Assembly (NCBI RefSeq): GCF_003966335.1
Contig: NZ_CP034549.1
Span: forward strand, 1,860,001 to 1,892,000
Direction: 5' to 3'
DNA length: 32,000 bases
From: Nonlabens ponticola
Lineage (GTDB): Bacteria > Bacteroidota > Bacteroidia > Flavobacteriales > Flavobacteriaceae
The notes under the pieces are model-generated. The model was given only the letters and a program-made list of their open reading frames with translations, ran no database searches and was not told the DNA's origin. This document shows, one piece after another, positions 25,445 through 32,000 of the stretch. The translations under genes were made by a program, and so were the position numbers. Position 1 is the first letter of the stretch. Every line of letters starts with the position of its first letter.

Positions 25445-27346
25445 CTACTTGACTTCTTCGAAATCTACGTCTTCAACATCGCTGGTGTCATCTGCACTCG
25501 TAGCATCAGCACCTGCATCTGCTCCGGGCGCGCCAGCCGCATCGGCCTGCGCTTTGTACATCTCTTCACTAGCTGCTGTCCAGACGGTATTAAGCTTCTC
25601 AAGAGCTGGATCGATCTTCTCGATCTCCTTAGTCTCATAAGCCGCTTTCAACTCGTCTAGAGCCTCAGTAATTGGCGCCTTCTTGTCGTCACTTAGCTTA
25701 TCGCCAAATTCTTCCAACTGCTTCTCAGTTTGGAAAATCATCTGGTCAGCTGCGTTCAGCTTATCTACTTTCTCTTTGGCTTTTGCATCAGCTTCAGCGT
25801 TTGCCTCAGCTTCCTGCTTCATCTTTTGGATTTCTTCTTCAGTCAATCCAGACGATGCCTCGATGCGTATGTCCTGCTTCTTATTAGTCGCTTTATCCTC
25901 GGCACTTACCTTGATGATACCATTGGCATCAATATCAAAGGTTACTTCAATCTGCGGTGTACCGCGACGTGCTGGTGGTATTCCATCTAGGTGAAATCTA
26001 CCTATCGTCTTATTATCGGTCGCCATAGAGCGCTCTCCTTGCAGTACATGGATCTCAACACTTGGCTGATTGTCTGCTGCTGTAGAGAACACCTGTGACT
26101 TCTTGGTTGGGATCGTGGTATTGGCCTCGATCAACTTAGTCATCACGCCACCCATGGTCTCGATACCTAGAGATAACGGAGTCACATCTAATAAAAGAAC
26201 ATCCTTAACATCACCAGTCAATACACCACCTTGGATCGCTGCACCTACGGCAACCACTTCGTCAGGATTCACACCTTTTGATGGCTTCTTGCCAAAGAAT
26301 TTCTCAACAGCTTCCTGCACGGCAGGAATACGAGTAGATCCACCAACTAGGATAATCTCATCGATATCGCCTGTTGATAGTCCAGCAGCTTTAAGCGCTG
26401 TTTGACATGGCTCGATAGTTCTTTTTACAAGGTCGCTGATCAATTGCTCAAACTTTGAACGAGTCAATGTTTTTACAAGGTGTTTAGGACCGCTGGCCGT
26501 TGCCGTTACATAAGGCAAGTTAATTTCAGTCTGTGCACTAGATGATAGCTCAATTTTGGCTTTCTCTGCCGCTTCTTTCAAACGCTGTAACGCCATGGCA
26601 TCTTTGCGTAAATCGATATCCTCATCTGCCTTAAACTCATCTGCTAGCCAGTTGATGATTTTCTCATCTACATCGTCACCACCTAGGTGCGTGTCACCAT
26701 CAGTTGATAGTACCTCAAATACACCATCACCCAATTCTAGGATAGATACATCGTGTGTACCACCACCAAAGTCAAATACCACAATCTTCTGGTCGGTATC
26801 CTTCTTGTCCATACCATAAGCAAGCGCTGCTGCAGTAGGCTCATTGATGATACGCTCTACTTTCAATCCAGCGATCTCACCAGCTTCTTTAGTCGCCTGG
26901 CGCTGGCTATCGTTAAAGTAGGCAGGTACCGTGATCACGGCGCCAGTTACTTCTTGACCTAGGTAATCCTCGGCCGTTTTCTTCATTTTTTGCAGGATCA
27001 TCGCACTCAATTCTTGCGGCGTGTACAAGCGACCGTCAATGTCCACACGTGGCGTGTCGTTATCACCTTTTACCACTTTGTACGGTACACGTTCTGCCTC
27101 CTTTTGAGACTCGCTGTACTTGTTACCCATAAAACGTTTGATCGAGTAGATCGTTTTCTCTGGGTTCGTTACCGCTTGACGCTTTGCAGGATCACCTACC
27201 TTGATCTCACCACCTTCTACAAAGGCAATGACAGATGGCGTCGTGCGCTTTCCTTCTGCATTAGGGATCACCGTAGGCTCGCTACCTTCCATTACAGATA
27301 CACAGCTGTTGGTCGTCCCTAAATCAATTCCTATGATTTTACTCAT
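25445..27346 (-). CDS. dnaK: Molecular chaperone DnaK (Hsp70)
   Basis: 633 aa. [21 protein letters not shown]-like ([12 protein letters not shown]), [11 protein letters not shown] and the remainder are canonical Hsp70. Confidence 0.97.
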   Translation of the reverse strand: MSKIIGIDLGTTNSCVSVMEGSEPTVIPNAEGKRTTPSVIAFVEGGEIKVGDPAKRQAVTNPEKTIYSIKRFMGNKYSESQKEAERVPYKVVKGDNDTPRVDIDGRLYTPQELSAMILQKMKKTAEDYLGQEVTGAVITVPAYFNDSQRQATKEAGEIAGLKVERIINEPTAAALAYGMDKKDTDQKIVVFDFGGGTHDVSILELGDGVFEVLSTDGDTHLGGDDVDEKIINWLADEFKADEDIDLRKDAMALQRLKEAAEKAKIELSSSAQTEINLPYVTATASGPKHLVKTLTRSKFEQLISDLVKRTIEPCQTALKAAGLSTGDIDEIILVGGSTRIPAVQEAVEKFFGKKPSKGVNPDEVVAVGAAIQGGVLTGDVKDVLLLDVTPLSLGIETMGGVMTKLIEANTTIPTKKSQVFSTAADNQPSVEIHVLQGERSMATDNKTIGRFHLDGIPPARRGTPQIEVTFDIDANGIIKVSAEDKATNKKQDIRIEASSGLTEEEIQKMKQEAEANAEADAKAKEKVDKLNAADQMIFQTEKQLEEFGDKLSDDKKAPITEALDELKAAYETKEIEKIDPALEKLNTVWTAASEEMYKAQADAAGAPGADAGADATSADDTSDVEDVDFEEVK

Positions 27347-27420
27347 TATATATACTTTTAGTTAAGATTCATTTTTAAACTCAACTCAAATAGTCAATGT
27401 TTGTGCCACCACAATCCCAG

Positions 27421-27454
27421 TGACAAGCTGTCAGAATCTTGCTCAAAATGACAG
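27421..27454. promoter_or_regulatory. TGACA/TGTCA half-site cluster 75-108 nt upstream of the dnaK ATG; possible operator
   Basis: TGACA-agc-TGTCA at 27421..27433, plus CTGTCA-N15-TGACAG at 27428..27454. No CIRCE element was seen. Confidence 0.25.
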
Positions 27455-27482
27455 TTTCATGCACAACGATGGTCACGATACC

Positions 27483-27496
27483 GCTTTCGCGAAAGC
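27483..27496. repeat. Intergenic copy of the GCTTTCGCGAAAGC palindrome
   Basis: Exact 14-mer upstream of dnaK. Confidence 0.95.
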
Positions 27497-27599
27497 AAAA
27501 TGCATAACAATTCACCAAAAGAAAAACAGTTCACAACCACCATAAATTATCCTGCAAGATGGCACTTGAACTCATGCACCAAGGTTTTCCATAGCACTT

Positions 27600-27967
27600 G
27601 TCATGCTGAATTTATTTCAGCATCTCACTAAAGTCAAAAACTTGCACAGACCCTGAAATCAATTCAGGGTGACAATAACAAAAACCTTGTCATGCTGAAC
27701 TGGTTTCAGCATCTAACTATATTTTGTAAACTCTAGGAAACCATTTCGAGCGACAGTCGAGAAAAGGTGGTTAGTCTATCCCAGCATCTCACCAACGTCA
27801 GAACCTAGCAAAGACCCTGAAATAAATTCAGGGTGACAATAACAAAAACCGTGTCATGCTGAACTAGTTTCAGCATCCTACAAGAGTCAAAACCTTGCAA
27901 AGACCATGAATCAAGTTCAGAGTGGCAATCGTAAGTTTCTCTGTCATGCTGAATTCATTTCAGCATC
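27600..27967. repeat. Array of alternating hairpin repeats (REP/MITE-like), left block
   Basis: Type 1, GTCATGCTGAA-N5-TTCAGCATC, is at 27600, 27689, 27853 and 27943. Type 2, GACCCTGAAAT-N-ATTCAGGGTGAC, is at 27649 and 27813, with a degenerate copy at 27901. The linkers between them are also conserved. Confidence 0.9.
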
Positions 27968-28037
27968 TCATAGCAGATCATAACTTCCTTAAAACTCAAT
28001 CCAATCATTTATCTTTAAATCAAACAAACCAAACCCA

Positions 28038-28343
28038 TTGCCACGCCGCCACTACCACAACTACACTGTATATATTCTCACAAACAAAAAGAATGGTGTT
28101 CTATACATAGGCGTCACAGGTGGCATCGATGATCGCATGGAACGACATCCTTCGGGAACTGGCTCAAAGTTCACGGCTAAGTAAAACACCAAAAGACTCG
28201 TTTATTTTGAAGAATTTCAATACATCAACGATGCGATCGCAAGAGAAAAACAGCTCAAAAACTGGCGCCGACAATGGAAGATCAATCTAATAGAAAAAGA
28301 AAATCCCGAATGGCTTGATCTGTATAAACCGCTGGATAAATAA
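28038..28343 (+). pseudogene. GIY-YIG nuclease family gene (UPF0213/YhbQ-like) with an in-frame stop and no ATG start
   Basis: Own translation in the frame of 28068: VYILTNKKNGVLYIGVTGGIDDRMERHPSGTGSKFTAK*NTKRLVYFEEFQYINDAIAREKQLKNWRRQWKINLIEKENPEWLDLYKPLDK*. The TAA at 28182..28184 sits where family members have Tyr. The only in-frame start candidate is the TTG at 28038. Confidence 0.75.
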
Positions 28344-28349
28344 ACTACC

Positions 28350-28643
28350 GTCATGCTGAACTAATTTCAGCATCTCACAAGAGTCAAAATCTAGCACAGG
28401 CCCTGAAATAAATTCAGGGTGACAATAACAAAAACCTTGTCATGCTGAACTGGTTTCAGCATCTCTCGTAAGTCAGACTCTAGCACAGACCCTGAACCAA
28501 GTTCAGGGTGACAATCGTGAGTTTCTCTGTCATGCTGAACTGGTTTCAGCACCTCAACAAAGCAAGAGCATTGCACAGACCCTGAAATCAATTCAGGGTG
28601 ACATTCAAAACCACCACTGTCATGCTGAACTGGTTTCAGCATC
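28350..28643. repeat. Array of alternating hairpin repeats, right block
   Basis: Type 1 copies are at 28350, 28439, 28529 and 28619. Type 2 copies are at 28399, 28488 and 28578. The composite unit repeats about every 90 bp. Confidence 0.9.
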
Positions 28644-28741
28644 TCACCAATGAATAATTGCACCATCAAAACCGTACACCTTTTGTTAAACCTTACGGCT
28701 CATTTCACGATAATTATATTTTTGCGCTATACATATGTTGC

Positions 28742-31700
28742 ATGAATCAGATTTACAAGATTGTCGCCACTTTACTACTGTTAATTATTCTCAGCGCCTG
28801 CGCAAGACGCGCCGTACAGATTTCAGGCGACCAAGTCAATATCCAGAACGAGAAGCCTTTCCAACGATTTTATCTTTTTGGAAATGTAGGTGTCAATGAC
28901 CCAGACTCGCCAGCAGCCTTTGACGCGATGTTGCAGCATATTAATGAAAATTCAAAAAAAGATGATTATCTATTATTACTAGGAGATAATGTCCTTGCTA
29001 ATTCTATCAGGAAAGATGATGAAGATAATAAGGATGCCAATCAATTTAAAAAGCAGCTAGAACAAATTGCCAAAATCGATATCAATACGCTCGTGCTACC
29101 AGGAGATCACGATTGGAATGACGAGGGCATGGACGGCCTCAAAAAGATAGAAGAGTTTACTGAGGAGTATCTGGATAACGACGAGGCTTTTCAACCAGAA
29201 AATGCCTGTCCATTAGAAGAATTAAACATAAGCGATCAAGTAGAAATGCTTATCGTGGATAGTCAATGGTATATTGAAGATTGGGATAAAAACCCCAACT
29301 TTAATGACGAGTGCGAGATCAACACAAGAGAAAAATTTATCAAAGTGTTGGCAGATGAATTGCGCAAGGCAAGACACAAAACAATTATACTCGCCATGCA
29401 TCATCCTTTATATACCAATGGTGTACATGGTGGTCAATTGGGTATGCGTATGGTTACCACACCCAAACAGGAGAATGCCTACATTCCTGGATTGGGTTTT
29501 GCCTATAGTTTTGTACGCTCTCAGGCTGGTCTATTTCCGCAGGATAGATACAATCCATTGATGAATGATTTGATGCGCGAGATTGAAACCGCTGGATCTG
29601 GTATCGATAGACTATTGGTAGTATCGTCTCATGAGGAAAGTCTACAATACATAGATCGCGATAATATTAAGCAAGTAGTTTCTGGAGCGACCGTTTCTCA
29701 AAACATTGTCTCTTTAGGTAAAAAGGGAAAGTTTGCGGCTGGAAAAATAGGTTTCAGTGAGGTGCGCGTGTTTGAGGATCAAAGTTCGCAAGTATTGTTC
29801 TACTTAGTTGATGAGCAAGGTAATCTTGAGCAAGTATATTCTAACAAGCTTTTTGACGAGAAAAAACCTTATGATATTGATGGGATCACCGTCACTAATA
29901 AGGATGCCATCGCTGCCAGTATTTACAGCAAAGAAGAAACTGAAATGTCTGCAAAAGATGAGGAGTTTTACGGCAAGCATTACCGGGAACTTTACGGCAT
30001 TGATGTCAAGGCACCAGTAGTAATGCTGGACACGCTATACGGTGGTTTGAGAGTTGAGCGGGCTGGTGGTGGTAATCAAACGCAAGGACTTAGACTAATA
30101 GGAAAAGGAGATCGCGAATACAACATGCGTGCACTTGAAAAGGATGCATTACAATTCTTAAAAAGCGCCGGTTTTAATGAGCTTGATGCCGAGAGATATT
30201 TTGGCGAGACGTTACCTCAAGAACTTATAAGGGATTTTTACACTTCAGCACATCCGTATGGCGCATTTGCAGTACCCAGATTAGCTGGCGCCATAAAACT
30301 TAATCATACACACCCTAAGTTATTCTGGATACCTAAGCAACCTGTTTTAGGTGATTTTAATGACATTCATGGTGATCGTTTATACATGATTGTGGAGAAA
30401 CCAGATGATTCTTTTGACTCGCCACACATGTTCGGTTACAACAAAGACGTGGAGAGCACAGACGACTTGTTTGCTAAAATCAGGGAAGACGAGAAATATA
30501 CGGTAGATGAGGAAATGTACATACGTGCTCGCGTATTTGACATGTTGCTAGGCGATTGGGATCGCCATGAGGATCAATGGCGCTGGGCAGAAATTAAAGA
30601 TAGTGAAGACTCAGAGAAAAGTCGCTTTGTCGCGGTGCCGCGAGATCGTGATCAGGTTTTTGCTAGGTTTGATGGTAAACTATTGGAGTTTTTAAACAGC
30701 ACCATTGGCGTGACTAAACAGTTCGGTAATTATGGACCTGACATTGAGCACATCAATGAATTCAGTCAGAGTGCTAAATATTTAGATCATGCCGTGCTAC
30801 AAAGAACCACTCGCGAGGACTGGCTTACCGCTGTAAACTATATACAGAAGAATATAGATGAGAACGTGGTAAAAATGGCCTTTAACGAGATGCCAAAAGA
30901 AGTTAAAGATGACTTATGGCAACAGACTCAAGAAGATTTACTTGCTAGAAAATCAAATTTGGAAAACATTGTCAATCGCTATTATGATAACTTCATATTG
31001 TTTCAAACCTTGAAAGGAACTGACAAGGATGATATATTCTTCATTGAGCGTCTCGATAAGGAAACCACAGTAAAAGCCTACCGCAATAAGGATGGAGAAG
31101 CGGCAGATGTACTTTTTGAAAGAAGTTTTAAGGATAATAAAACTGAAGAAATTTGGATTTACGGTCTTGACGATGACGATGAGTTTACCATAAGCGGTTC
31201 TGGTAATTCAAAAATTCAAATAGTAATCGTTGGAGGAAAAGGCGATGATAAATACACTATTGAGAATGGCAAGAATGTAAAGATCTATGATTTTGAAAGT
31301 GAGAAGAATGAGGTTGAAAAACGAAACGGTGCTAGTGTCGTACTGCGCGATGATTATGATATTAATCATTACAACCATAGAAAAGCACCAACTAGCAAAT
31401 TGGGTTTTGGTGCTCAGGTAACCTACAATCCTGATGACGGCGTGAGACCACAAATAAGCATTTCAAAATCAGTGTTGGGTTATGAACGCAATCCATACAG
31501 TTTAAAATATGGCATTGAGGCAGACTACAGATCCCTAACTCAAGCAGCCATTTTTCAAGGACATCTTGCCAAGGCAAATATTCTAGGTCACTGGAACCTG
31601 CGAGCAGATGCCTTGATCACGACAAACAATTATACCCAAAACTTCTTTGGTTACGGCAACAACACCACATTTGATGGCGACACAGATTTTGACGACAATC

Positions 31701-32000
31701 GCGTGCTAATGCAAAGACAAGAGGCGAGTCTTTCTATTTACAAGCATGGTGATTATGGTAGCGATTTCCAATTCGGTATCCAGTATAGAGGTATAGAGGT
31801 AGAACCTGATATCACCAGATCAGCATTAATTGATAACCAGCGAGATGATTATCTCGACTATACCTTTAAATATCTATTTGACAGCTACGACAACGAGCGT
31901 TTTAAGACTCGTGGTATGCATCTAGAAAACGTTTTGTCCTTTACAGACAATCTGGCAAATGGCGAGAATTTTTTGAGCATAGATCCATCACTAACCTTTT
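28742..32000 (+). CDS. Paralogue of the 416..4153 metallophosphoesterase / Omp85-like lipoprotein; the 3' end is cut by the window edge
   Basis: Own translation from the ATG at 28742: MNQIYKIVATLLLLIILSAC..., then GDNV, GDHDWN, AMHHPLYTNGVHGG, SSHEESLQY, FYTSAHPYGAF, DMLLGDWDRHEDQWRW, VPRDRDQVFARFDG, and so on. It is collinear with the first protein. The frame is open to 32000, so it is absent from the ORF track. Confidence 0.88.
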   Translation, partial: MNQIYKIVATLLLLIILSACARRAVQISGDQVNIQNEKPFQRFYLFGNVGVNDPDSPAAFDAMLQHINENSKKDDYLLLLGDNVLANSIRKDDEDNKDANQFKKQLEQIAKIDINTLVLPGDHDWNDEGMDGLKKIEEFTEEYLDNDEAFQPENACPLEELNISDQVEMLIVDSQWYIEDWDKNPNFNDECEINTREKFIKVLADELRKARHKTIILAMHHPLYTNGVHGGQLGMRMVTTPKQENAYIPGLGFAYSFVRSQAGLFPQDRYNPLMNDLMREIETAGSGIDRLLVVSSHEESLQYIDRDNIKQVVSGATVSQNIVSLGKKGKFAAGKIGFSEVRVFEDQSSQVLFYLVDEQGNLEQVYSNKLFDEKKPYDIDGITVTNKDAIAASIYSKEETEMSAKDEEFYGKHYRELYGIDVKAPVVMLDTLYGGLRVERAGGGNQTQGLRLIGKGDREYNMRALEKDALQFLKSAGFNELDAERYFGETLPQELIRDFYTSAHPYGAFAVPRLAGAIKLNHTHPKLFWIPKQPVLGDFNDIHGDRLYMIVEKPDDSFDSPHMFGYNKDVESTDDLFAKIREDEKYTVDEEMYIRARVFDMLLGDWDRHEDQWRWAEIKDSEDSEKSRFVAVPRDRDQVFARFDGKLLEFLNSTIGVTKQFGNYGPDIEHINEFSQSAKYLDHAVLQRTTREDWLTAVNYIQKNIDENVVKMAFNEMPKEVKDDLWQQTQEDLLARKSNLENIVNRYYDNFILFQTLKGTDKDDIFFIERLDKETTVKAYRNKDGEAADVLFERSFKDNKTEEIWIYGLDDDDEFTISGSGNSKIQIVIVGGKGDDKYTIENGKNVKIYDFESEKNEVEKRNGASVVLRDDYDINHYNHRKAPTSKLGFGAQVTYNPDDGVRPQISISKSVLGYERNPYSLKYGIEADYRSLTQAAIFQGHLAKANILGHWNLRADALITTNNYTQNFFGYGNNTTFDGDTDFDDNRVLMQRQEASLSIYKHGDYGSDFQFGIQYRGIEVEPDITRSALIDNQRDDYLDYTFKYLFDSYDNERFKTRGMHLENVLSFTDNLANGENFLSIDPSLTF

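Noticed and set aside
25449-27322. Many plus-strand ORFs (63-111 aa) antisense to dnaK
   Set aside because: They lie entirely within the strongly supported dnaK CDS and have low-complexity Ser/Ala/Pro-rich translations typical of antisense frames.
27347-27420. Bacteroidota-type promoter (TTG / TAnnTTTG) upstream of dnaK, around TTGACTATTTGAG
   Set aside because: The candidate -7 box lacks one base relative to TAnnTTTG, and I cannot verify spacing or the transcription start, so I did not report it as a feature.
27600-28643. Possible CRISPR array, given regularly spaced ~25-bp repeats
   Set aside because: Two different palindromic repeat types alternate, and the intervening 'spacers' are themselves conserved between units. 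No cas genes are present. The repeats are perfect hairpins typical of REP/MITE-like elements rather than CRISPR repeats.
28391-28669. 92-aa minus-strand ORF with repeated MLKPVQHD / PEL.SGS peptides
   Set aside because: The ORF is created by reading through the tandem hairpin repeats, and its internal peptide repeats simply mirror the DNA repeats. There is no independent coding evidence.
29274-31577. Short track ORFs (29274..29561, 29808..30020, 31208..31453, 31392..31577, 29222..29404)
   Set aside because: All are off-frame or antisense within the long open frame starting at 28742, which is collinear with the 1245-aa paralogue.

Overview
This looks like a chromosomal segment from a Bacteroidota (Flavobacteriia-like) genome. 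The taxonomic clues are the parA-parB-DUF5683-dapB-lepB-WbqC synteny on the minus strand, a giant secreted protein with a T9SS-type C-terminal sorting domain, long Bacteroidota-type LepB, dps and dnaK. The window is bracketed by two paralogous ~1,200-aa lipoproteins that fuse a calcineurin-like metallophosphoesterase to an Omp85-like beta-barrel (416..4153, and 28742 to the window end). No tRNA, rRNA or CRISPR was recognised.

The most unusual part is the ~3.9-kb interval between a LuxR-type regulator and dnaK (about 21355..25180). It is visibly AT-richer than its flanks. It holds three unrelated same-strand ORFs and one ORF-less segment, separated by one family of structured imperfect-palindromic repeats. 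Three of the four segments are bounded by their own perfect or near-perfect 10-bp inverted repeats around a shared GTTGT...ACAAC core. No recombinase is present in the window. I read this as an integron-like (CALIN-like) or possibly new gene-cassette array.

Other signals:
- A 14-bp perfect palindrome, GCTTTCGCGAAAGC, occurs 6 times exactly and once with a single mismatch, in both genes and spacers.
- Two arrays of alternating hairpin repeats flank a GIY-YIG nuclease pseudogene upstream of dnaK.
- The central region of the giant metallophosphoesterase paralogues carries a kinase-like motif.

All calls come from reading the sequence and the ORF track. No database searches were run.
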